Source: Leptolyngbyaceae cyanobacterium (GTDB taxonomy: Bacteria; Cyanobacteriota; Cyanobacteriia; Phormidesmidales; Phormidesmidaceae). Taken from it: a stretch of 11,925 bases of DNA. The stretch lies in the NCBI GenBank assembly GCA_050331235.1, contig JBHJHA010000102.1:1-11925 (forward strand), written 5' to 3'. A program made the translations under genes and the position numbers. The notes beneath the pieces were generated by a model. That model was not told the origin of the DNA, ran no database searches, and saw only the letters and a list, made by a program, of their open reading frames with translations. Shown in pieces: positions 1 to 8,026 of this stretch. How positions within the stretch are numbered: position 1 is the first letter of the stretch; each line of letters begins with the position of its first letter.

Positions 1-154
<154 letters not shown>

Positions 155-390
155 GTTACTTCACCCCGCATGATTTACGGTATTCACCGGCGATCGAAGC
201 GTTGCTGGGTGACATGACATCAACTTTCCAGGGATGCCCCAGCCAGTGCCCTCGAACTGCGCTCAAAGAAAGCTGGCTGGCGAAGCTGCAATAAGTTAAT
301 GCTTGAAGTGATCTCTCGCCCCTAATAGTGATCCCAGAAGCAACGCTCTGAAAGGTCACAAGCCGCGCCTAAACAGCACTGATGAAATTA

Positions 391-1119
391 TCAGTTGGGC
401 TCAATGTCTTTAGAAAAGCGATCAAGAAAGTGGTGGTTGCGCTTGCGATAGCTTTCCGGAAAGGGAAGCTCCAGCGTTTCGTGAAAATCTTGCTGTACCT
501 TGAGCGTTAAGCGCTTAGAGACCTGGCGAACAATTTGACTGAGCAGAGAATCGCCAGTGCGCTGAATAATGCGTTTGGGTAATGCCTGAATAAATCTCGG
601 GAAGGTAACAGATACGTTAAGGTCCAAGTCCCAGTCCACTTTGGTGATCACTTCGCCGGCTGTGCTGGTGGTTTCATTGAGCGCGAGGGCTGCCTTGAAG
701 TCAACTTCGTATCCTAAAGACACATAGCCGGGCACAGGAATGGTTTCAATGCGATAAATACCTTGTTCCTGTGGCAGAAGATTGAGACCAATTTTGGGCT
801 CCACATCGTAACCCAGAGCCCCAAAATGGCCCACAGTAATATCGTAGCCGTTCTCCCCCAAGGGAGTCGCAGTCATGGGATGGGCACAGCGCAAAAACCA
901 AGCGCGATGGTCGTCTAAGTAACGAGCGACGGTTTGACGACTTGCGGCCATATCCATGCTGCCAGCATATGCACCATGAAAAAGCACTGGCGAAGAGGCT
1001 GAGGTTTCGGGAACGTGATTGGCAGGACTGCTATCAACGGTATCGACCAGATGTGAGACAGTCTCGAAAACCTGATCCGACAGGTCGCTAGCTCGGTGAT
1101 TAGTAAATGGTGTTTGCAT
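391..1119 (-). CDS. DUF1997 domain-containing protein
   Basis: 242-aa ORF with the motifs YLDDHRAWFLRCAHPM, GHFGALGYDVEPKIGL and TGDSLLSQIVRQVSKRLTLKVQQDFH, which I recognise as the cyanobacterial/plastid DUF1997 family. Confidence 0.85.
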   Translation of the reverse strand: MQTPFTNHRASDLSDQVFETVSHLVDTVDSSPANHVPETSASSPVLFHGAYAGSMDMAASRQTVARYLDDHRAWFLRCAHPMTATPLGENGYDITVGHFGALGYDVEPKIGLNLLPQEQGIYRIETIPVPGYVSLGYEVDFKAALALNETTSTAGEVITKVDWDLDLNVSVTFPRFIQALPKRIIQRTGDSLLSQIVRQVSKRLTLKVQQDFHETLELPFPESYRKRNHHFLDRFSKDIEPN

Positions 1120-1509
1120 GGACGCGCTTTACTATCTATATCCTCAAGGACAAATACCCAAAGGCAATAATCAACAGCTAGTCAAAAGTTTAAGAGTATC
1201 AACGTTATTCTAGCTGACGAATTGTAGAGAATTTTCCCTTCATCAAAATTTGAAGAGATTCATCTGCTGACAGCAGCCTAACCTGACCGGTATTGTTCTA
1301 TCAGTCGAGAATACACGGAGGAATAACCGATTTTCTAAAAGCATTCCGAGCTTTTCTCCGGGAGCCTACTAGCGTAGGGTTAGCTTAGGGACATAAGGGC
1401 TCTTCAGTTTGAATCTATTGCTACGGTTGGAATCCAAATCCGTAAACTTTTTCTATGGTGAAGACTCAGCCATTGATATGTTGCTATTTGTTGTTTGGGG
1501 GCAAGACCA

Positions 1510-2172
1510 ATGAAAGCACTGGTAGTAGGAGCCACGGGGGAAACTGGTCGCCGGATTGTGCGGGTACTGGTGGGTAAGGATATTGCAACTAAGGTTTTGG
1601 TGCGCGATCGCCAAAAAGCCCAAGAGATGCTGCCCAACACGGTGGAATTGGCTGAGGGCGACGTTTCCCAGCTGGCGACGATAGAGTCGGCGATCGCCGA
1701 CTGCACAGTGCTGATTTGTGCGACGGGAGCCCGCCCGAGCTTTGACCCGACGGGACCTTACCAAGTTGACTATGAAGGCACCAAAAATCTGGTGGACGTG
1801 GCCAAGGCACATAACATCAAGCAGTTTGTGATCGTTTCCTCACTTTGCGTCTCGCGCTTCTTCCATCCACTCAATCTGTTCTGGCTGGTGCTGTATTGGA
1901 AAAAACAGGCGGAAGCCTATCTGGTGGACAGCGGCGTGCCTTACACCATCGTGCGTCCTGGCGGTCTCAAAAGTGATGATACGGATGACCGACCGCTGAT
2001 TATGGCTCCGGCGGATACGCTGTTTGAGGGCAATATTCCCCGGCTGAAGGTAGCTGAGACCTGTGTGGCGGCCCTCACCAATCCGGCCGCTAAAAACAAA
2101 ATTGTGGAAATCATTGCCGAAGAAAATGCGACTGAGAAGTCCTTTTCAGACTTGTTCGCGAGTGTTGCCTAG
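1510..2172 (+). CDS. Atypical SDR family NAD(P)-binding oxidoreductase (NAD_binding_10 / Tic62-like)
   Basis: ATG at 1510 gives MKALVVGATGETG (Rossmann GxxGxxG). Also VDYEGTKNLVD, VSSLCVS, LNLFWLVLYWKKQAE and YTIVRPGGL. The TTG start at 1495 in the track is less likely. Confidence 0.92.
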   Translation: MKALVVGATGETGRRIVRVLVGKDIATKVLVRDRQKAQEMLPNTVELAEGDVSQLATIESAIADCTVLICATGARPSFDPTGPYQVDYEGTKNLVDVAKAHNIKQFVIVSSLCVSRFFHPLNLFWLVLYWKKQAEAYLVDSGVPYTIVRPGGLKSDDTDDRPLIMAPADTLFEGNIPRLKVAETCVAALTNPAAKNKIVEIIAEENATEKSFSDLFASVA

Positions 2173-2993
2173 CCAGCTGAGTCAGCGGCGGTGCTCCAAA
2201 ATTGCCGAAAGTCTTCGTCGCGATTGCTGAGGCGAGCAGTGTCGGCTCCTAGGGCCAGTAACTTGTCGACGAGCCGTGCGCAGGCGGGCCGTTCTGTCGC
2301 GTAGTGACCTGCGTCGATGAGCACAAGGCCGCGATCGCGCGCTTCTTGAAACTGGTGAAACTTGCAATCTGAGGTCAAGTAAGCTTCGGCGCCGGTCTGC
2401 ACAACGGCCTCAATAAAGCTAGCTCCAGAGCCTCCTAAGACGGCCAACCGATGAATGGGCTGATTGAGATCGGTATCGGGGAAATAGATCAGATCAGGTG
2501 GCTCCAGGTGAGTCTGAATGGCTTGAAGTACCTGGCGGAGGGATGGCGCCTCGGGCACCTGGCCAACCCGACCATATCCAATGCCGGGTTGCGTGGGGAC
2601 GACCGGTTCGCTCGCCTGTAAATCGAGCAGTTGGGCCAGGACATCCGCTGTGCCATCGGCCACCTGATCAAAGTTAGTATGGGCACTATAGATGCCGATG
2701 CCATAGGCCATACTCAACCGCACCATATCGCCCAGGGGAGTGCCGGTTTGGAGCGACTTGAGCGGATTAAAAATGAGCGGATGATGGGCAAAAATAAGAT
2801 CGATCGGAGTCCCCGACTGCTGAAGCGCGATCGCCTCTTCCATCACGGCTAAGGGCGGTGTTAGGCACACCAATACATGGGCCGGGGTATCCAGCACGCC
2901 AGGCTGCACTTGCCAGCCACAGTTATCCCACTTTTCCTGCCATTGGGGGGGGGCCCAGGCTTCGAACTGATGGATAAGCTTAGCAATAGTCAT
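2169..2993 (-). CDS. Nif3-like dinuclear metal-centre hexameric protein (YbgI/DUF34 family)
   Basis: Motifs WDNCGWQV, AHHPLIF, YSAHTNFD, GGSG, TSDCKFH and DAGHYATE. Its stop codon overlaps that of the convergent SDR gene (CTAG, 2169-2172). Confidence 0.95.
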   Translation of the reverse strand: MTIAKLIHQFEAWAPPQWQEKWDNCGWQVQPGVLDTPAHVLVCLTPPLAVMEEAIALQQSGTPIDLIFAHHPLIFNPLKSLQTGTPLGDMVRLSMAYGIGIYSAHTNFDQVADGTADVLAQLLDLQASEPVVPTQPGIGYGRVGQVPEAPSLRQVLQAIQTHLEPPDLIYFPDTDLNQPIHRLAVLGGSGASFIEAVVQTGAEAYLTSDCKFHQFQEARDRGLVLIDAGHYATERPACARLVDKLLALGADTARLSNRDEDFRQFWSTAADSAG

Positions 2994-3062
2994 GGCAGCG
3001 CAATTGAAGTGAGCAACAAGGGTCTAATACTGATCTTAGCGAAGGATGCACAGCGGCCAATA

Positions 3063-3090
3063 TTGCCCCACAGCGGTGGTTGAGGGGCAA
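3063..3090. terminator. Stem-loop between ddl and the Nif3-like gene (terminator or mRNA-stabilising hairpin)
   Basis: TTGCCCC (3063-3069) pairs with GGGGCAA (3084-3090), with an imperfect inner CAGC/GTTG extension. It lies 40 nt past the ddl stop and has no strong U-tract. Confidence 0.45.
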
Positions 3091-3129
3091 CAGACATCGG
3101 TTTAGGGTGGGGGCAGCGCTCAGAGAACG

Positions 3130-4194
3130 CTATGCCGAGGTCCGCTCAAACCCTAGTTGCACCAGCTGATCGACGAGGGTTTCGAAATCAACGCCGCTGG
3201 CCTGCCACAGCGTGGGATACATGCTGGTTTGAGTAAAGCCGGGCAAAGTATTGATTTCATTGATAAAAACTGCGCCCGTGGACTCGACGTAGAAAAAATC
3301 GACCCGCGATAGTCCAGCGGCATCCACCGCTTGGAAAGCCTGAACCGCCATTTCCTGAATTTGTTGGCTAATTTCTCGCGGTAATTGGGCGGGGATGGTT
3401 AAGTCCGCTCGCCCCTGGGTGTATTTGGTCTCGTAGTCGTAAAAGTCGCTCTCAAAGGTGATTTCGCCAATGATGGAAGCTTTGGGTACGTCGTTGCCGA
3501 GCACAGCGCATTCTACCTCACGGGCCGTGACTCCGGCTTCGACAATTAGGCGGCGATCATAGCTGGCGGCACTGTCTAAGGCGGCTTCCAACTCCTGGCG
3601 CGATCGCACTTTAGCAATTCCTACGGATGACCCTAAATTGGCTGGTTTGACAAAAGCGGGATAGCCTAATTCGGCTTCGATGCGATCGCACAGCTTGGGA
3701 AACACGCAGGGATTGGACCAAACCTCAGCCCGAGAGACCGCCACATATTTGACCTGGGGCAGCCCGGCCTGGGCAAAGGCTGTTTTCATGGCGACTTTAT
3801 CCATCCCGACGGCGGAACCCAAGACCCCGGAACCCACGAAGGGCATGTTGAGCAAAGAGAGTAGACCTTGGATGGTGCCATCTTCCCCATTGGGACCATG
3901 CAGCACGGGAAACCAAATGTCAACAGTGCTGAGCATCTCAGCACTGGGCAGGCGCTGTGCTGCGGTAACGCCGTCGGGATCATTGCCAGTGGGCTCCCCC
4001 GCTTGTAGAGTTTGCGCGGCTGTATCGTCCCACCGCCAGACACCGGCTTTAGTGATGTAAACGGGGATCACCGTGTATTTATCTTGATTGCTGCCCCGTG
4101 AGAGGGCTCCCGCGATCGCCCGAGCTGAGCGAATAGAAACCTCATGTTCCCCAGAGCACCCCCCAAACAAAACGCCGACTCGTGTTTTTGCCAT
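3130..4194 (-). CDS. ddl: D-alanine--D-alanine ligase
   Basis: Motifs [54 protein letters not shown] and [14 protein letters not shown]. An AGGAG RBS lies 7 nt upstream of the ATG. Confidence 0.98.
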   Translation of the reverse strand: MAKTRVGVLFGGCSGEHEVSIRSARAIAGALSRGSNQDKYTVIPVYITKAGVWRWDDTAAQTLQAGEPTGNDPDGVTAAQRLPSAEMLSTVDIWFPVLHGPNGEDGTIQGLLSLLNMPFVGSGVLGSAVGMDKVAMKTAFAQAGLPQVKYVAVSRAEVWSNPCVFPKLCDRIEAELGYPAFVKPANLGSSVGIAKVRSRQELEAALDSAASYDRRLIVEAGVTAREVECAVLGNDVPKASIIGEITFESDFYDYETKYTQGRADLTIPAQLPREISQQIQEMAVQAFQAVDAAGLSRVDFFYVESTGAVFINEINTLPGFTQTSMYPTLWQASGVDFETLVDQLVQLGFERTSA

Positions 4195-4318
4195 GCTGTG
4201 CTCCTAAGGGGGGAAATGGTTGTCTGGATGAATAGGCGAGGCGGGCCGTGGGGCAGCGATCGCGCCAATTTGGCAGACTAGGGTTGATGTGTCTGTATTC
4301 CTACCATTTCAGAACCAC

Positions 4319-4354
4319 AAAAAAAACCCCGAGTTTCCAGAAGAGACTCAGGGT
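4319..4354 (-). terminator. Rho-independent terminator of the NsiR1-like RNA
   Basis: Minus-strand stem ACCCTGAGTCTC / GAAACTCGGGGT (11 of 12 paired, including one G-U), loop TTCTG, running into an 8-T tract (A8 at 4319-4326 on the + strand). Confidence 0.85.
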
Positions 4355-4377
4355 GCGACAATCAGGGTGCATCTACC
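4319..4377 (-). ncRNA. nsiR1: NsiR1-like small RNA (~59 nt)
   Basis: The minus strand reads GGTAGATGCACCCTGATTGTCGCACCCTGAGTCTCTTCTGGAAACTCGGGGTTTTTTTT. The 5' GGTAGATGCACCCTGA matches the conserved 5' end of NsiR1 as I recall it. The ~60-nt length, the 3' terminator and the upstream TCCGGA also fit. Confidence 0.72.
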
Positions 4378-4415
4378 ACTTCAGTTTTCCCCTCGCGACT
4401 CATCCGTCCGGATGA
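4378..4415 (-). promoter_or_regulatory. Putative DIF1-type promoter (TCCGGA at about -35) of the NsiR1-like RNA
   Basis: TCCGGA at 4407-4412 is -35..-30 relative to the inferred +1 at 4377. It is embedded in the palindrome TCATCCG-TC-CGGATGA (4400-4415). The -10 region reads GGGGAAAACT. Confidence 0.6.
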
Positions 4416-4582
4416 TATTCAGCTGCCTATCCATTTTTGCCTCTTAGGAACCGCTACAACTACAATGAGTCCCGCCCTGATGGATGGATGTGGGGCGATC
4501 GCTGGCATCAGCTGCCGTATCTAAAGTGACTGTTGAGCGGCCATCGTTTAGGCAAAATACGCGAAATTGTCAAGGAGTCATC

Positions 4583-4753
4583 ATGAACGAGTCGGTGAAT
4601 TGCGAAAAGTTAGCCAGCGTGCTCAACCGGGCCAGTGCTGATGGCAAGCACCAGTTTTGCAAGATGCTATGGGGCAACCAACCTGAAATGGTGCAGGCGC
4701 AGTTGATTCCCTTACTGAGTCACCAAGCCCAAGATGTGGTCAATGAAGCCTAG
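4583..4753 (+). CDS. Small hypothetical protein, 56 aa
   Basis: A strong RBS (AAGGAG, 4572-4577) precedes the ATG at 4583. Sequence: MNESVNCEKLASVLNRASADGKHQFCKMLWGNQPEMVQAQLIPLLSHQAQDVVNEA, with an amphipathic helical pattern. This start is preferred over 4484 in the track. Confidence 0.75.
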   Translation: MNESVNCEKLASVLNRASADGKHQFCKMLWGNQPEMVQAQLIPLLSHQAQDVVNEA

Positions 4754-4929
4754 CCACAGCCGTGGGGACTATGGCCTAGATTTCTGTCCGGACTGCCGCT
4801 CTCACCAACCCCGCAGGATAGCTGCCTCACCTGGCGGGAAAGACTAGTCAAATTTCGCGACTCAGTTTCCGAGCTTTGGGTCAGCACATTAAAATCAGTG
4901 ATGGAACTAAATGAGTGAAATAGACAACC

Positions 4930-6684
4930 GTGGCTGATTTTGAGGACGCGATGCCGGCAGAGGGGTCGCAGCCTGAGGCCAACACCTCGACACAATTGGA
5001 TTTTACCTTTGACTCCATTGCTGCAGCGTTGAATGATCTGGCAGCAGGGCGGGCGATCGTCGTGGTCGATGACGAAAATCGCGAGAACGAAGGCGACGTT
5101 ATCTGTGCTGCCCAATTCGCCACCCCTGACATGATTAACTTCATGGCGGTTGAGGCGCGGGGGCTGATTTGCCTGGCAATGACGGGGGAACGGCTGGATG
5201 AGCTAGAGCTGCCCCTAATGGTGACCCAGAGCTCTTTTGAAGATGAAAATGAGCAGACGGCGTTTACGGTTAGTATCGATGCGGCTTTGCATTGGGGTGT
5301 CACCACAGGAATTTCTGCAGAAGACCGGGCCCGCACCATTCAAGTCGCATTGAATCCCAGTGCGAAACCCCAGGACTTGCGCCGACCGGGGCACATTTTT
5401 CCTCTCCGGGCCAAGGCTGGGGGCGTGCTCAAGCGAGCAGGACACACGGAAGCGGGTGTTGATCTAGCTCGCCTCGCGGGGTTGTATCCAGCCGGAGTGA
5501 TTTGTGAAATTCAAAATCCTGACGGCTCGATGGCGCGGCTGCCGGAACTGATTGACTATGCGCGTACCCACCAGCTCAAGTTGATCAGCATTGCGGATCT
5601 GATTAGCTACCGGCTAGAGCACGAACGGTTTGTCAAGCGTGAGGCGATCGCTGATTTACCCACTCAGTTTGGCCATTTCAAAATCTACGCCTACCGCAAC
5701 CTGATGGACAACTCTGAGCATGTCGCCATGGTCAAAGGGGACCCCGCGACATTCAAGCATCAGCCGATTATGGTGCGAGTGCACTCTGAATGTTTGACCG
5801 GTGACTCTTTCGGATCCCTCCGCTGCGACTGCCGAATGCAGCTCCAAGCAGCTCTCAAAATGATCGATGCGGCGGGGCGAGGCGTTGTGGTTTATCTGCG
5901 CCAGGAAGGCCGGGGAATCGGCTTGGTCAACAAGCTCAAGGCGTACTCCCTTCAAGACATGGGACTAGATACGGTGGAGGCTAATGAAAAGCTAGGACTG
6001 CCCGTTGACCAACGCAACTATGGTATGGGTGCCCAAATCCTCAACGACATTGGGGTACGTCAGTTTTGCCTGATCACTAACAATCCGCGCAAAATTGCAG
6101 GACTGAAGGGCTACGGCTTGGAAATGGTCGATCGCGTGCCGCTGATTATCGAAGCTACGCCCTACAACTCTCACTATTTGGAGACCAAGGCCCAAAAGCT
6201 GGGTCATTTGCTACTGCAAACCTATTTGGTAACCATTGCGCTGCAACCCAAGGACGGATTTTCGGCGATTCCGGCTAAGTACGAGCAGTTTGAAAAAGTG
6301 CGGCAGCTAGCTCAGCAGCAAGGATTTTTGGCGCAGGAGGAAGTCCGGTCAATTGCGGTGGCGCTGCTAGGCCAAGGCAAACTGATCATTAATCTGGGAT
6401 TAGAGGCTCCCCGAGCCGTGGAGCCAGGCTGGTACAACCAGGCGACGGCTCCCTGGGCAACATTAGCCACTGTATTAGACGAATTGGTGCAGTGGCCCAA
6501 CCTAGAGCAGCTGGAGATGTTGGTGTCAGATGGCACTGACCCGTTTGCGCATTTGCAAATCGGACTGAGCCGTCAAGTCTTTTCCCTAGGGGCGGGCGGC
6601 ACTAAGGTTGATCCCTCGGAGCTGCGGGGGCAGCTCAAAACCCAGCGCATCTATATTTTCTCCCACCATCAGGTCAACGACTGA
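4930..6684 (+). CDS. ribBA: Bifunctional 3,4-dihydroxy-2-butanone-4-phosphate synthase / GTP cyclohydrolase II
   Basis: DHBP synthase motifs [25 protein letters not shown] and [12 protein letters not shown] motifs [20 protein letters not shown] and TNNPRK. There is a ~155-aa C-terminal extension. GTG start. Confidence 0.97.
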   Translation: MADFEDAMPAEGSQPEANTSTQLDFTFDSIAAALNDLAAGRAIVVVDDENRENEGDVICAAQFATPDMINFMAVEARGLICLAMTGERLDELELPLMVTQSSFEDENEQTAFTVSIDAALHWGVTTGISAEDRARTIQVALNPSAKPQDLRRPGHIFPLRAKAGGVLKRAGHTEAGVDLARLAGLYPAGVICEIQNPDGSMARLPELIDYARTHQLKLISIADLISYRLEHERFVKREAIADLPTQFGHFKIYAYRNLMDNSEHVAMVKGDPATFKHQPIMVRVHSECLTGDSFGSLRCDCRMQLQAALKMIDAAGRGVVVYLRQEGRGIGLVNKLKAYSLQDMGLDTVEANEKLGLPVDQRNYGMGAQILNDIGVRQFCLITNNPRKIAGLKGYGLEMVDRVPLIIEATPYNSHYLETKAQKLGHLLLQTYLVTIALQPKDGFSAIPAKYEQFEKVRQLAQQQGFLAQEEVRSIAVALLGQGKLIINLGLEAPRAVEPGWYNQATAPWATLATVLDELVQWPNLEQLEMLVSDGTDPFAHLQIGLSRQVFSLGAGGTKVDPSELRGQLKTQRIYIFSHHQVND

Positions 6685-6737
6685 AGGCAATCGCTGACCC
6701 AGTAACTTTTTAGGAAAGCATGGCCTGCGATCGCCTT
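6684..6737 (-). terminator. Long stem-loop spanning the gap between convergent ribBA and the response regulator
   Basis: On the minus strand, AAGGCGATCGC (6737-6727) pairs with GCGATTGCCTT (6694-6684) over 11 bp with one G-U. After an A-A mismatch the stem extends by GGCC/GGTC. There is no 3' U-tract. Confidence 0.4.
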
Positions 6738-7494
6738 AGCCAAATCGATAGCCAAATCCCCGTAAGGTAACGATATAGCGAGGTTTGCTGGGGTCTGACT
6801 CGACTTTTTCGCGCAGCCAGCGAATGTGAACGTCGACCGTTTTGCGATCGCCCATAAAGTCAGGCCCCCAGACTTTATCGATGAGTTCTTCCCGGCTCCA
6901 AACCCGATTGGGGTGGTTCATAAATAGCTCCAAGATGCGAAACTCTTTGGGCGAGAGGGCGACCTCTTGCCCGTTGACAGTCACCCGCAACTCATGGAGG
7001 TACAAAACGATCTCTTCATAGGTCAAGACGGAGCTATCCTGAGGTGTCTGGGCCCGGCGATAGCGTCTCAGCAGGGCTCGGCAGCGAGCCACTAGCTCTC
7101 TCATGCCAAAAGGTTTGGCTAGGTAGTCGTCCGCCCCTACCTCTAGCCCGACGACTCGGTCAGTTTCACTCCCCTTGGCACTCAAAATTAGAACGGGAAT
7201 ATCCCAGTTGCGGTGGCGGATGAGGCGACAGAGATCGAGCCCGCCAATGCCAGGCAACATCAAATCTAAGATGGCCAAATCAAATGGGGGAGACTCCTCC
7301 GCACTTTGCCAAGTGTTGTTAGTCAAAAGCTCCAGCGCCGCTGAGCCATCAGCCGCGACATCGACTAAATAGCCCTCATCTTTGAGGGCCAGGGTCACTG
7401 TCTCTCGAATCAGCGCTTCATCATCAACCACCAAAATATGATCCTGCTGCAGGGCAAATTTAGGATGTAATTGACTTTCTAAGTTTTGCGCCAT
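6736..7494 (-). CDS. OmpR/PhoB-family response regulator, SphR (cyanobacterial PhoB)-like
   Basis: Receiver domain: ILVVDDE, LDLMLP (phosphoacceptor Asp), LSAKGSETDRVVGLEVGADDYLAKPF. Winged helix: LSPKEFRILELFM and KTVDVHIRWLREK..DPSKPRYIVTLRGFGYRFG, characteristic of SphR. An alternative in-frame ATG is at 7518. Confidence 0.93.
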   Translation of the reverse strand: MAQNLESQLHPKFALQQDHILVVDDEALIRETVTLALKDEGYLVDVAADGSAALELLTNNTWQSAEESPPFDLAILDLMLPGIGGLDLCRLIRHRNWDIPVLILSAKGSETDRVVGLEVGADDYLAKPFGMRELVARCRALLRRYRRAQTPQDSSVLTYEEIVLYLHELRVTVNGQEVALSPKEFRILELFMNHPNRVWSREELIDKVWGPDFMGDRKTVDVHIRWLREKVESDPSKPRYIVTLRGFGYRFG

Positions 7495-7838
7495 CTTGCG
7501 CCCCTGAATTGAGATCATTGACCGCCATGGGATATGCCGTAGACGAGACAGAAGGTTAGAAGAACTTCAACGACTAAGCGGTCTTAGTCTGCAGCGCTTA
7601 GATCTAAGCTGCTCTCAAATCCAAGCCTGCAATCCGAGTCTGCCTCAGTGGAAGATATTTCCCCTGCCAAGCATGGGTGACCATAGCCGCCGATCAACAT
7701 TACCTGTAGCCAGAAAAGGATTTGGCATGTGCTCAGCCTCAGCAGTGCCGAGAGTGGTCATATAGTTGGGCCGGCTGCGAGCCCCCGACAATGGGGTTTG
7801 CCTGTATAGACATTTCCATTCCGTATAGTCTGTGGTTT

Positions 7839-7868
7839 TGCTTAAGGGCAAAAGATGTAGAGGTTAAG
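7839..7868 (-). promoter_or_regulatory. Possible Pho box (SphR site)
   Basis: Minus strand CTTAACCT-CTA-CATCTTTT-GCC-CTTAAGCA. One unit is a perfect cyanobacterial Pho-box unit, a 6/8 unit lies exactly 22 bp away (11-bp period), and the middle unit is poor. Confidence 0.3.
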
Positions 7869-8026
7869 CATCCAGCGGCATCGCCTTAATCTTGAGATGA
7901 CTTGATAAGGCTGGTCGCCGCTGTCGATATGCAAAGCTCTGGAGAAGACTTGCTTTAGCTAGCCATGCAACCCAGTTCGGGCAGTTAAGATAGAAAGGCA
8001 AGCATTGTTTGTAAAGGCTGCCGACC

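Noticed and set aside
156..359. 67-aa minus-strand ORF and other short ORFs in the track that overlap real genes
   Set aside because: They show no recognisable motifs or RBS. Most are antisense or alternate-frame shadows of well-supported CDSs.
1176..1378. Short inverted repeats in the DUF1997/SDR divergent region (CAGCTAG/CTAGCTG, CTGCTG-A-CAGCAG at 1264-1276, CCTAC/GTAGG)
   Set aside because: The 5-7-bp arms are within chance expectation and match no operator I recognise.
2169..2172. Overlapping TAG stops of convergent genes
   Set aside because: A 4-bp CTAG overlap is a common arrangement.
3130..4194. Ligase as a Van-type D-Ala-D-Lac/Ser resistance enzyme
   Set aside because: The omega loop FYDYETKY retains the Tyr of D-Ala-D-Ala ligases, and there are no vanH/vanX neighbours.
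4444..4457. NtcA site upstream of the sRNA
   Set aside because: The best match seen is TTA-N8-TAC, not GTA-N8-TAC. I noticed no canonical NtcA box in the intergenic regions.
4754..4929. FMN riboswitch upstream of ribBA
   Set aside because: The conserved RFN element motifs (for example GGGTGAAATTCCC..ACCGGCGGT) are absent.
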